Position numbers and translations under genes: made by a program. A DNA stretch of 64,000 bases from Nitrospirota bacterium. Its GTDB lineage: Bacteria; Nitrospirota; Thermodesulfovibrionia; Thermodesulfovibrionales; Dissulfurispiraceae. The stretch covers positions 64,001-128,000 of the forward strand of contig JBFMCP010000002.1 in assembly GCA_040754455.1 (NCBI GenBank), in the 5' to 3' direction. Each line of letters begins with the position of its first letter. Position 1 is the first letter of the stretch. Below, piece after piece: positions 27,991 to 37,786 of the stretch. The notes below the pieces were generated by a model that worked only from the letters and a program-made list of their open reading frames with translations, had not been told where the DNA came from and searched no databases.

Positions 27991-29210
27991 GACTGACGCG
28001 CAAGCAGCTCCTTGCCAGGATCACCCAGGAGAAGGAGCAGGGCAAGTTCAAGGGCCTGGAGCATTCGAAGATCCTTGCAATCAAGGCGATCGTCGGGGTC
28101 GAGATCACTCCGGAGATCGTGGCTCAGGTCAATGCCTACACTCTTGAGCCGCATACTGCGGATCAGCTCTATGTCCGCAAGTTTTTATTTGCGCATAACT
28201 GTGTCGACAGGGACAGAGAGCGCTTTCCCGAGCCGCTTCTTGATGACTTTGCTCGCACTATGCCGGGCAAGTCATTTCTCATCGGCCACTCCCGGTCCGG
28301 CCCCGGCAAGGGGCTTTTCTTTGCTGCTACATGCGAGCAGCTGACCCCGGAGCGATTCGAGGAGCTTACCGGCGAGAAGCCTAAGCTACCTGCGGGGGTC
28401 ACTATGGTCAAAGTGTTATGGGCATGGATGTACATGCTCAACAACGACTTTAACAAAGAGACCATCCTAAACATCAATGCGGGAATTTACCGGCACGTCA
28501 GTATAGGCTTCGGAGCTGCGGATCTGATTGCGGTCAAAGGTGAGTTCAATCAGGTCCTGTATTGGGAATATGTCCCCCCTGGAGAAGCGACTGAGGGCAG
28601 CTTGGTATGGCTGGGCGCCCAACCGGGCGCTACGGCACAGAAGGGCGCTGAGAGCAATGAAAACGGCTTTGACCGTTCAGACCACGAAGAAGGAGAAGAA
28701 GAGATGAAAGAGTTTCTGAAAATGTTGTCGTTGCTCTTCGGCGGCAAGGCCTTCACCGAAGAGAACTGGCTGGAGCAGGTGAAAGCGGCGATGACCGAAT
28801 CCGTCAAGACCGCGACGTCCGTACTCGAAACCAAGGTCAAGGAGCTGACCGCCAAGGTCGACGAGCTCACCGGCAAGAACGCCGAGCTCGAGCGCGACGC
28901 CAAGGACGGCAAGGCATACCGGACGCACCTGTGCGACGAGTACGCCCGCATGAAGGCAGCGCTCGGCGACATCGAGACCACGCCCGAAGCCGCCGCAGGC
29001 GTAAAAACCGTGGCGACCGGCTGGCCCATCGAATTCCTGCAGGGCGAGATCAAGGTGCTCACCGCCCGGATGGAAAAGGCTTTCCCTGACGGGCAGCTTA
29101 AGCCCGGCGAGAAAAAGCCCACGGGCGAGGCAGGCGACGGTAACACAGGCCCCGAAGGGAAGAAGTCGGGCCAAAACCCCCTCATCCCTGAAGACGAAAA
29201 GGAGGAATAA
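27987..29210 (+). CDS. Prohead protease/scaffold protein
   Basis: VDRDRERF..IGH..VSIGF..EGSLVWLGAQPGA followed by coiled coil; possible internal start MKEFL. Confidence 0.75.
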   Translation: MRLTRKQLLARITQEKEQGKFKGLEHSKILAIKAIVGVEITPEIVAQVNAYTLEPHTADQLYVRKFLFAHNCVDRDRERFPEPLLDDFARTMPGKSFLIGHSRSGPGKGLFFAATCEQLTPERFEELTGEKPKLPAGVTMVKVLWAWMYMLNNDFNKETILNINAGIYRHVSIGFGAADLIAVKGEFNQVLYWEYVPPGEATEGSLVWLGAQPGATAQKGAESNENGFDRSDHEEGEEEMKEFLKMLSLLFGGKAFTEENWLEQVKAAMTESVKTATSVLETKVKELTAKVDELTGKNAELERDAKDGKAYRTHLCDEYARMKAALGDIETTPEAAAGVKTVATGWPIEFLQGEIKVLTARMEKAFPDGQLKPGEKKPTGEAGDGNTGPEGKKSGQNPLIPEDEKEE

Positions 29211-29213
29211 TCG

Positions 29214-29558
29214 ATGGCAACGGCGACGATACTTTCAGGCGTCAACAAGTCAAGGACGCTGCGGTACAAGCACAACGCCGCAGTAGCGGTCAACGATGTG
29301 ATCGTGGGCAACGGGCATGTCCTCGTAGCCCTCGGTGATTATGCTGCGAATGCCGAGGGAGTCTATGCGTTCCGAAGCAGGGCGAGCTTCCCCAAAGAGG
29401 CGGCTCTCGCCGTCACCGCGGGAGACAAGATGTATTGGGTAGCGGCAGCCGGCAATGCGAACAAGACGGCTGCTGGCAACACGCTGATGGGCATAGCCGT
29501 CGAGGATGCGGCCGCAGCGGATACCACCGTGACCGTAGAGCTCATGGAGAACAAATAA
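29214..29558 (+). CDS. Capsid decoration/cement protein (DUF2190-like)
   Basis: Ala/Gly/Val-rich 114 aa; GDKMYW..GNTLMGIAVEDAAAAD. Confidence 0.75.
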   Translation: MATATILSGVNKSRTLRYKHNAAVAVNDVIVGNGHVLVALGDYAANAEGVYAFRSRASFPKEAALAVTAGDKMYWVAAAGNANKTAAGNTLMGIAVEDAAAADTTVTVELMENK

Positions 29559-29572
29559 GGAGGATATGACCA

Positions 29573-30679
29573 GTGAGAAATAAACAGATAGTTATGTTCC
29601 TTGCTTTACTTTTACTCATGGTGAGCCTTGCCGGCTTTGCCTTTGCCTGTAGCGGCCATGCCGCAGAGACAGCGGCATCGTTCACCTTCTTCCCGATCAT
29701 GGGGAGCGTTGCCGGAGGCGGCATGAAGATCATCAACTGGAAGGGAATGAAAGACGTTAAAAAAGGCGATGAGAAGAAGCAGCTTCTGAATGCGTTTTCC
29801 CATTTCGCCCGGAAGCAGGCATCGATGCCCGTCAGGGGGCAGAAGATGAGGGTGTCCGACCCGAACCTGCAGGCAATGATCCCCATTATCGAGGTCGTCT
29901 CGGACCCCGGCGTGGTCACCGATGTAGATCGGGGTTACGAGCTCATCTTCAAGGAAGTGGATATGCGGCAGGCCCGCTCGAACAAATTCCCGGTCCTCGA
30001 CGTTACCGGCGGCGTCACCTTCTACCAGATGACGGCCGGCGAAGAGGCCAAGCTGAGCAGGCTGCCCTCCACTGCGAAGACCGATGTGGGCATGCTCCGT
30101 TTCATCGGAGGTCTCCCCATCCTCGACGACTGGATCAATTACAATGAGTACTATCTCATCGATCAGCTCTTCGAGGATGCCTATCTTGGTTATTACGACA
30201 AAAAGGCGCAGCTCTTCTACGGCCTCTTGATCGCGCTGGACAGCAGCATCAACGTCGCATTCGACACCGATATCTCCACCACGATCAACAAGGCCTGTGC
30301 CGGCATACTCGCCTCTCTGAAGACCAAGAAGGCGAAGAACACCGGGCAGAAGCGGTTCGTCATCACCTGCCGCGAGAGCGACCGCTTCAAGATCGCCAAG
30401 GCGCTCGCCGCCTCGTTCGCCAATGCGAATTCGAACATCAACGAGATCGTCTACAACATCCAGGCGGTGATTCCGACCACCTACATCTCCGAGAGCCACA
30501 ACTATTTTTACGTCTCGCTACCGGGCTTCAAGAATATGCGGGGCGAATGGGAGGACTTCAATGCACGGGATGCCCAGAGGAATGAGCTGATCCTCGGTGC
30601 CGACCAGGTATGGACCGGCGCCTACAACGGCATCATAGGCCTGGCAGAGCAGCACAGGAGATGCGCTCTCAGCGCGTAG
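29573..30679 (+). CDS. Major capsid protein (putative; second in-frame start at 29723)
   Basis: Size and position after protease and cement genes; GC hairpin follows. Confidence 0.65.
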   Translation: MRNKQIVMFLALLLLMVSLAGFAFACSGHAAETAASFTFFPIMGSVAGGGMKIINWKGMKDVKKGDEKKQLLNAFSHFARKQASMPVRGQKMRVSDPNLQAMIPIIEVVSDPGVVTDVDRGYELIFKEVDMRQARSNKFPVLDVTGGVTFYQMTAGEEAKLSRLPSTAKTDVGMLRFIGGLPILDDWINYNEYYLIDQLFEDAYLGYYDKKAQLFYGLLIALDSSINVAFDTDISTTINKACAGILASLKTKKAKNTGQKRFVITCRESDRFKIAKALAASFANANSNINEIVYNIQAVIPTTYISESHNYFYVSLPGFKNMRGEWEDFNARDAQRNELILGADQVWTGAYNGIIGLAEQHRRCALSA

Positions 30680-30744
30680 AGCGGTGATTGATAACTAATG
30701 AACCCCTCCCCCTTGGTAGGGGGAGGGGGGAGGGATGAGGTGTT

Positions 30745-31838
30745 ATGGAAGTAGTCCAGGCTATAAAGCAATCTTTCAGAGATGATTTTAACGGAAGTGA
30801 TATCGATACAAATATCTGGGACTTAACACTTGGTCCGGGTATGTTGTGTACTGTGAGCGGCGGCAAACTGAACATAGACACTGGGGTTACTGGGAACAGT
30901 GAAACTATTCTGCTATCTAAAAATGCTTATCATTTCCCTTCATTACTGTATGCTCTGGTTTCCTTATCGCAGAGGATTGCGAACCAGGAATTTTATATAG
31001 AGTTGATCGATAAAGACAATCAAAACCGATGCGGTTGGCTGCTTGACGGCACGACGGCCACAAATGGGAAATATTTCAACCAGAATTCGGGGCTTACTAC
31101 TACATCGGCTGCATCCACGATTGTGACTACCGCATCAAACACGATTCTTGAGATCGAGGCGTTTCGTGATGATGTTAATTTCCATTCACGCACGCTTAAT
31201 GGCAATAGATCGAATTCTTATGTTTTACAGGAGAATGTTCCGGATCCGGCTGTCCAATATTATATCCGCATCCGGGTGAAAAACACGGGGACACCTGCCT
31301 CATCGACCACTTTCGCTATTGACGCAGTTTCCATTATGGATATAACGGACTTATTTATGGAGATCACGGGGGGAAGGGGGGGACTTCAGCAACTCAATCT
31401 CTCCCAGTTGCTGTGATCTCAGGAGTAGCTACACCAGCCGGGACAAACAGAATAGGAGTGGTGGCTACTATGCAACGGCTGCTGGCAGCGGCATATGTGG
31501 ATACGTCTACACCGCTTGGGGCAAATGGCAGCTTTCAGGGGACATCGAGAGATTGTCAGCAATCTACAAGCGCTCCATATGATCACTATGGCAAGTATCG
31601 CGTGATAAGTATATCAGATCAGCCAGGCTCGTTGATTATACAGGAAAGCTCTGATAATTCCACTTTCTACGGGGTCAGACGCGAAGACGCCGTTGCAGTT
31701 ACTGATTATGACGGCACGGTACGTTATATAGCAAGTATTACACATGAGAGCACATCACGTTATGTGAAATCTGCGTACAAAAATGGAGGGACTGCACAGG
31801 GGCTCTTCAGAATACATTCCAGAGTTATTGGACAATAG
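30745..31838 (+). pseudogene. Virion accessory protein split at a G7 tract (ORFs 30745-31416 and 31413-31838)
   Basis: One extra G at 31376-31382 joins the ORFs as EITGGRGGTSATQSLPVAVISG; AT-richer than neighbours. Confidence 0.55.
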
Positions 31839-31847
31839 GAGGGATAC

Positions 31848-32003
31848 ATGCCAGAAGAAATAAATCCAGCGATCGCGCATATAGTTTGTCCCTGCGGAAG
31901 TAAATTCCAGGTCCTTAATCATGATGGTACAGATTGGGATGAGGACGCAACGGCTGCAGCATATCAAGCTCATTTGGCGCTAAATAATCCTGAATGTCAA
32001 TAG
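31848..32003 (+). CDS. Small hypothetical protein (51 aa)
   Basis: AGGAGG RBS; MPEEINPAIAHIVCPCG...ECQ. Confidence 0.55.
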   Translation: MPEEINPAIAHIVCPCGSKFQVLNHDGTDWDEDATAAAYQAHLALNNPECQ

Positions 32004-32004
32004 A

Positions 32005-32433
32005 ATGGCAAAGGTAACGAATCAGGAAATCATAGATTTCGGCTTCACGAAAGATATGTTTCGTCAGAGCGACGAGAATGCTTTCAAGTCATATGTCGAT
32101 AGTATTATCGCCGAGATAGCGGCAATCCTCTCAGGGAGAATAGGCGAAGCACTCTATTCCTCTGCGATATCGCCCACGGCCGAGTATGTCAAGCGCGCTG
32201 AGAAGTGCCTTGTCGCCGCCGAGATGCTTCAGCGGAGGATCAATTTTTACCTGGGGAGCGTCGACGGCACCGAGGGTCTGGATCTCTTTAAGGTCAGACG
32301 GCAGAGGGAGGAGTATGTCACCGAAGCTGAAACCCTCATCGCGAAGATCGTCGCCGGGGTGACTACCGACAGCAGCAGCTTTTCATTCGGCACGGTTACC
32401 ACGAGCCATTTTGTGGAGGACTCCGATGCTTAG
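32005..32433 (+). CDS. Head-tail adaptor (putative)
   Basis: Position, size, helical pattern. Confidence 0.55.
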   Translation: MAKVTNQEIIDFGFTKDMFRQSDENAFKSYVDSIIAEIAAILSGRIGEALYSSAISPTAEYVKRAEKCLVAAEMLQRRINFYLGSVDGTEGLDLFKVRRQREEYVTEAETLIAKIVAGVTTDSSSFSFGTVTTSHFVEDSDA

Positions 32434-32995
32434 TCTGCAGGCAAACGTACAGGGCGATAAGCTGGTCATCACCGGATTCCGGCAGCTGGCCGCTGAGACG
32501 CCCAAGGCGATCGACAGAGGTCTTGTACGCATTGCGATTGGAGTGCACCGCAATGCTTTTGAATGGCTATCAGGTCCTGGCCGCACAGCGGTCAGGTTGA
32601 ACAATAAACGGACTGTCAAGATGCAGGACGGCAATTTCGATGTTAAGGTGCAGCACAAGACGCAAAAGAGAGGCCAGTTCGATATGCTCGGCGGTCGTCC
32701 GGGCAGCTACCCGGTGCCTGTTTTAATGGGCAATCTGCGGAACAAGCTCAACTGGCTCAGGCCCGGCGCGTCAAAGACCGCTGACGGAGTCACCTTCCGT
32801 GCGGGCCAGCACGAGGTTATCAATTACAACTCAGCCGAGTACGCGGATACCATCCATGAGGGTAAGGGATCATCAGAGAAATACGGCAAACGTCAGTACC
32901 TGACCGATGCCCTGGCAAAGTTCAACAGCAGCGATGGCGTCGAAAAGACCATGGACAATGAGGTGCAGAATGAGATCAAAAAATCTGGGCTCTAG
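32426..32995 (+). CDS. Neck/tail completion protein (HK97 gp10-like)
   Basis: PVLMGNLR..NSAEYADTIHEG..RQYLTDA. Confidence 0.6.
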   Translation: MLSLQANVQGDKLVITGFRQLAAETPKAIDRGLVRIAIGVHRNAFEWLSGPGRTAVRLNNKRTVKMQDGNFDVKVQHKTQKRGQFDMLGGRPGSYPVPVLMGNLRNKLNWLRPGASKTADGVTFRAGQHEVINYNSAEYADTIHEGKGSSEKYGKRQYLTDALAKFNSSDGVEKTMDNEVQNEIKKSGL

Positions 32996-33024
32996 GCACT
33001 GGGCAATAGGAAAGGCAGAGGATA

Positions 33025-33261
33025 ATGTCTCCTGAATGTGAATTCTATCCGAAGTGTCAAGAGGAACGCACTGAGAATAGCGAATTCAAGGGGTATGTGA
33101 AAGCTACCCTTGAGGATATTGATACAGGAGTAAAAAACATTTGGACGGCTATTGATGTGAGCCGGAACGATATTAAGAGCCTCTATTTTAAAGTGGGGTT
33201 GATCAGCGGAGGGACATCCTTGATCGTAAGTCTAGTTGTTTCTTTCATTTTTAAAAAGTGA
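33025..33261 (+). CDS. Small coiled-coil membrane protein (holin/antiholin-like)
   Basis: C-terminal TM segment; upstream of lysin. Confidence 0.45.
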   Translation: MSPECEFYPKCQEERTENSEFKGYVKATLEDIDTGVKNIWTAIDVSRNDIKSLYFKVGLISGGTSLIVSLVVSFIFKK

Positions 33262-33272
33262 GGGAGGAATAG

Positions 33273-33692
33273 ATGAAAACAGTCATCTTAAAACGTATCT
33301 CTATGTTGCGCAATGCAACCTTCGGCGTATTGCTCGACTGCGGAGTTACGCCGCATATGGGCGGCATTCCTTTTGCCGTCACCGTCGAGCGGCCCTGGCT
33401 GAATAATCAAAAGAGCGTATCCTGCATCCCCGCAGGCAAGTACATCTGCAAGCGCGTGAACTCGCCGAAGTTCGGCAACACTTTCGAAGTAACGGCAGTG
33501 CCGGGGCGTGATCATATCCTGTTTCATAAGGGCAACCTCTCTGACGACTCACACGGCTGTATCATTGTCGCTGAGATGTTCGACGCTGTAGGCGGTCAGG
33601 ATGGCATAGCACAGAGTGCGAAAGGTTTCGGGGAATTTCTCTTCAGGCTCAACGGTGAAAATGCTTTTGAGTTAGAGATCATTGAGGTATAG
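33273..33692 (+). CDS. DUF5675-family putative endolysin
   Basis: TVERPW..SCIPAGKY..VPGRDHILFHKGN..DSHGCI. Confidence 0.75.
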   Translation: MKTVILKRISMLRNATFGVLLDCGVTPHMGGIPFAVTVERPWLNNQKSVSCIPAGKYICKRVNSPKFGNTFEVTAVPGRDHILFHKGNLSDDSHGCIIVAEMFDAVGGQDGIAQSAKGFGEFLFRLNGENAFELEIIEV

Positions 33693-33868
33693 GTGACGAC
33701 AGATCCCGTGAGAATTCTGACCTTCAAAGAGTGGCTCCAGCAGGCCCCTGAGAAGGGAAAGAAATGTCATCACGATGGACAGCACTGTATCAGGCGCAAC
33801 GAACCGGCCTGTTTTCAGTGCTATGAGCACTATCGTATCGGCTGTATGCCGGGAAGGAAAGGAAAACA

Positions 33869-34270
33869 GTGTTAAGCAAGAAATGGAATCCCTGCTGGTG
33901 GTTTGGGAACGAAAACGACCCTGTGGATGGAAGGGATGAGAGTGGGGCTTTAAGACACCCTGAGTTCCCTGTTCTTGTTCTTAAGGTGCGGGGATGGACG
34001 TTGCTGAATCTCTACGTCAAGGAAAGCTCACCGAACTGGTGGCGCCGACTCGGCTGGGCAATACGCAACCCTCTGCACAACTTCACCTTCTTTGTTGTGG
34101 GCATGGCCGACCGACTCGACAATAGACACCCTGACAGGGTGTTCAATCCGCAATCGGGATGGAATATCATTCTGCCCTTTGTCTCCTATAAGGGCAAAAG
34201 ATGGGAGTGGTATTTCGGATGGAGAAACAGGGGCAACTTTGGCATCACGCTAAGGAGAGTGAAATCATGA
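33869..34270 (+). CDS. Trp-rich hypothetical protein
   Basis: WWFGN..WAIRNPLHNF..YFGWR. Confidence 0.6.
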   Translation: MLSKKWNPCWWFGNENDPVDGRDESGALRHPEFPVLVLKVRGWTLLNLYVKESSPNWWRRLGWAIRNPLHNFTFFVVGMADRLDNRHPDRVFNPQSGWNIILPFVSYKGKRWEWYFGWRNRGNFGITLRRVKS

Positions 34271-34491
34271 AGCGATGTCTTGAGCTCATTACTGATGATT
34301 CAGGGAAGCTGTCATTCAGCAGGGTGATGATTATTGTTGTCGTCGTAGTCTATCTCGTCTACGCCGGCGTGGTCGTCATCAAAAAAGGGGAATTGCCTGA
34401 TATCCCTATGGGTGTTGTAGGACTCTTGACGGCCTTGTACGGCTTCAATAAGTTCAGCCCTACCATTCCGTTTACAGGGGGAGGGCAGTAA
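34267..34491 (+). CDS. Holin (putative, 2 TM)
   Basis: DDSGKLSFSR then two TM helices; in lysis module. Confidence 0.6.
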   Translation: MKRCLELITDDSGKLSFSRVMIIVVVVVYLVYAGVVVIKKGELPDIPMGVVGLLTALYGFNKFSPTIPFTGGGQ

Positions 34492-35069
34492 TGCCATACC
34501 TTCAGATATTTCGCTTTCTCCTGCCCTACCTTATCGGGGCGATGATTGCAGGCGCAGCGGTGTGGAAAATCCAGGGAGCGCGGATCGACACTCGGGATGC
34601 CGATATCAAGGTTCTCAAGGTGAACAATGAGGCTCTGACGAAAGCAAACCAGAAAAGTCAGGAGAGCATCACAGCGCTCCGGGATGACATTAAAAAGGCA
34701 AAAAGCACCTGTGTCCGGCAGATTGCCATAGAGCAAGAGAAGTGTGACCGCATTGCACACATTGACGCTTTGAAAGGTGGAGGATATGAGAACGATAGCA
34801 TTGTTTTTGGTATTGATGCTGTTCATGCTGAGCTCTTCGGGCTGTTCTACGGTACAGCCGCAGGCAGTGGAAACGCAGTACATAAAGCAGGAGATTCCGC
34901 CGACTCCTTCGGAGCCGCAGCACTATCCTGTGAAGTGGAAGGTGATCGATATAAAGCCGAAAGACTCTACTGTCTCGACGAAGTGAATGCAAAGAACCTG
35001 CTCAAGAACCAGACGCTCGATGCAGCATATCGGGCGCAGCTAATAACCGTCATTGAGGGCATGAGATAA
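34491..35069 (+). CDS. i-spanin (Rz-like)
   Basis: N-terminal TM + coiled coil; contains nested lipoprotein ORF. Confidence 0.65.
   Translation: MPYLQIFRFLLPYLIGAMIAGAAVWKIQGARIDTRDADIKVLKVNNEALTKANQKSQESITALRDDIKKAKSTCVRQIAIEQEKCDRIAHIDALKGGGYENDSIVFGIDAVHAELFGLFYGTAAGSGNAVHKAGDSADSFGAAALSCEVEGDRYKAERLYCLDEVNAKNLLKNQTLDAAYRAQLITVIEGMR
34786..34986 (+). CDS. o-spanin lipoprotein (Rz1-like), nested
   Basis: GGAGG RBS; signal peptide with SSGC lipobox; Pro-rich. Confidence 0.7.
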   Translation: MRTIALFLVLMLFMLSSSGCSTVQPQAVETQYIKQEIPPTPSEPQHYPVKWKVIDIKPKDSTVSTK

Positions 35070-35525
35070 ATGGGCTTTCTTCCCGTATTCGACGGCTTCA
35101 AAACGCTCCTCGAAACTGATGCGGATATTATCGCCTTTGTATCCGGCAAGTGGAACGCGACGCTGACGGTCAAGCAGGTGTTTAAAAAGAAGCCGGAAAT
35201 CGGAAATGAGGAAATGCCGATTGTCCTGATAACTGCGCCGAGGACAAAGAAGGAGCAGGAAACCGGGATATCCCACGAGCGGAAGCGGATAGTACGGCTC
35301 TATTGCGGATTTAAACAACACAATAAAGAGCTGGGGGCTCGCGAGATCATAGAGTTTGAGGAGGTGCTCGATAAGGCCATCCTTAAGTCGGACAGTCTGT
35401 TAAGAAGTATTCCTGGCGTCGATAGCATTGAGGCTGGTGACGAGGAGAATGACGAAGGCGCTAACCATCCGGATTACTTTTTGGTCATGGAATATTCGGT
35501 TTTGATGGAAGAAGTTTACGGATAA
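35070..35525 (+). CDS. Tail terminator (putative)
   Basis: Size and position before tail tube. Confidence 0.5.
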   Translation: MGFLPVFDGFKTLLETDADIIAFVSGKWNATLTVKQVFKKKPEIGNEEMPIVLITAPRTKKEQETGISHERKRIVRLYCGFKQHNKELGAREIIEFEEVLDKAILKSDSLLRSIPGVDSIEAGDEENDEGANHPDYFLVMEYSVLMEEVYG

Positions 35526-35546
35526 CTTTAAAGGAGGATCACAGCA

Positions 35547-35810
35547 ATGGCAACAACTCTTAAGGTAACGGCTAAGATCGGGGACACCACGCACCCGAAA
35601 TACGGGTCTCTCAAAAAAGGAGAGTCTTATGAGATCGAACCCGCAGATTTCGGCAGCGAAATATTCGAACCCGTGGAGCTCAAGGTGGGGAACGAACGGT
35701 TCAAAGTCAGCAAGTCAGAGCCGGTCGGCATCATGCTTGCCGGGGCTTTTTTCCGGCTCGATAAGGTTGTGGATCCTCCGGCCTCAAAGAAAACGGAAAA
35801 GGAGGGCTAA
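35547..35810 (+). CDS. Hypothetical tail-module protein
   Basis: AGGAGG RBS. Confidence 0.6.
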   Translation: MATTLKVTAKIGDTTHPKYGSLKKGESYEIEPADFGSEIFEPVELKVGNERFKVSKSEPVGIMLAGAFFRLDKVVDPPASKKTEKEG

Positions 35811-35813
35811 GCC

Positions 35814-36851
35814 ATGGGAGGCGTAGCGGGCATAGAAGTCAAAGCGGCAATCAAGAAGGCGGCAACATGGGGAACGGCCGTGGCCTGCGGGGCGAACAAC
35901 GGCATTTTGATCCTACCTGATTCGATACGCAAAGACAGGCCGAACAATATAGACGATTCACTGGGACTGTATTTCCCTCAGGACTCTGATCCCGGCGAGA
36001 TTGCGGTAGCGGGCGATCTGCCGGCGTATCTCAGGTATGACGGGCATGACTTGCTCATAGCCCTAGGTGCAGGCAGCACCGGCGGCGCTCCGGTGCAGCA
36101 GGGAGCTACTACAGCGTATCAGCAGACCTTTCCCTTGGCCGACAACAACGACGGCAAGTTTGCGACGCTTGTCCTTAACAAGAAGATCAACATCGAGGAA
36201 TGCACTTCTTCGAAGATCATCGGGTTCACTATAAAAGGTGAAGTAGGTAAGCCGGTCCAGATCATCTATCACACGATCATCGACAACAAGATCACCGATT
36301 CTGTGGTGAACACCCTGGTCACGTTCGCAAACGTCACCTACTTCGAGACGAAGAACCGTGTAATGTTCAACCATGGCATCTTCCGGATGAACGCCCAGGA
36401 CGGCGGCGCGCTCGGTGCCGGAGACAAGATATGGCCGAACAGCTTCGAGCTGAAGTTCATGCGCAAGATGTCCGGCGTGTACGGTGCGGGCGGTACCTTC
36501 AACACGATCGACGAGCCGATGAACGACGGACTGCCGGAAGTGTCGCTCAAGCTCCAGTTCCCGCGGTACACCTCGGCAGCCTACTTCACCGATTGGGAAG
36601 CGGGCAACGCCAAGAAACTGGACATAACGTTTACGGGGGCGATGATTGCCAATCCCTACTACCGCACAGTCAAGATCGAGTTGCCGAACCTGAAGTTCGC
36701 CAATGTCGATGCCCCTACAGAGACAGGGACGATCAAGCACCCGGTGGAGTTCAACTGCCTGGGCTGCGCTGCAGCGCCCACGGGCATGACCACCACAAAG
36801 CCGTTCTTGATAACGGCTATCAACAGACAGTCGGCCGACGTGCTGGCATAA
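35814..36851 (+). CDS. Major tail tube protein
   Basis: Position before chaperones and tape measure; beta-rich 345 aa. Confidence 0.7.
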   Translation: MGGVAGIEVKAAIKKAATWGTAVACGANNGILILPDSIRKDRPNNIDDSLGLYFPQDSDPGEIAVAGDLPAYLRYDGHDLLIALGAGSTGGAPVQQGATTAYQQTFPLADNNDGKFATLVLNKKINIEECTSSKIIGFTIKGEVGKPVQIIYHTIIDNKITDSVVNTLVTFANVTYFETKNRVMFNHGIFRMNAQDGGALGAGDKIWPNSFELKFMRKMSGVYGAGGTFNTIDEPMNDGLPEVSLKLQFPRYTSAAYFTDWEAGNAKKLDITFTGAMIANPYYRTVKIELPNLKFANVDAPTETGTIKHPVEFNCLGCAAAPTGMTTTKPFLITAINRQSADVLA

Positions 36852-36864
36852 AACGGAGGAATAG

Positions 36865-37694
36865 ATGGGAGAGATAGCAGTCTTTGAAAAGGACAAGAAG
36901 CCGAACAAATGGATTCAGTACGATGTGGATACAGAGGTCCTCATCTTTTACCAGGACAGGGAAGACCTGAATGCGATCAGGATAAAGGCTGAGAAAAATG
37001 CACGGCTCACCGGCGCGAACTCAAGCAAGCTTATGGATATCTATCTCGGCAGAAAGGCCGTGGGCGGATGGAGGAAGATCGAGGACCATAAACATCCGGG
37101 CTTGACTATCGGTGGCAAACCGATCGAGTTTAACGAGAGGAACCTCGATATGTTCATGACCAAGAGTAACGAGTTCGCCCGTTTCGTCAATGAAAAGTGT
37201 GTTGACTCCCTGGAGTTTCTGGAGGAGGGCGTGCTCCCAAACGGACAATAGCTTATCCCTTTGATGGGGTAAGCTGCGAGGTCTGTAAGGAGAGGTTGCA
37301 GGAGGAAGGCTCTGAGCCGGCTTGTTTCGAAGGGCAGTGCGCCCAGGAGACCAGGAACCTTATCAGGGCCTTTATCCTTGCGAAGGAGGATTTCCCTGGC
37401 GTCTCTTGTGACGCCTGCCGGGATGCTCTGGAAAAGGACGGCTACGATCCGGAGTGCATCGAGGGAGAGTGCAAGCTTCCTCCTCTCGATCCCCTCGGCG
37501 CAAGGATTCTGGAAATCAGGCAGAGATTGCTCTCGCTTAATGAGCTTGTCGATGCGGGAACAATTTTAAGGCTTTACGATGTTGATCTCGTAGATCTGGA
37601 GTTGCTGGCTGCAGTAGAGGAAGAGTTAAAGGAGCTTCGAGATGAGGAGAACAAGGACAAGAATAATGATCCCGGAAGCAGGCGCGGCAAGTAA
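36865..37694 (+). CDS. Tail assembly chaperone G (36865-37251) / GT via programmed -1 frameshift
   Basis: Slippery C CCA AAC at 37236-37242; -1 frame open to 37694, just before tape measure. Confidence 0.8.
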
Positions 37695-37786
37695 CGCAAA
37701 GAACCCGACGATTCCGCCATATACGACGGCAGCGGATCCGCAGAGCCAGAGTAATGTTTTAAGAAGTCCCATAAAGGAATTATATC

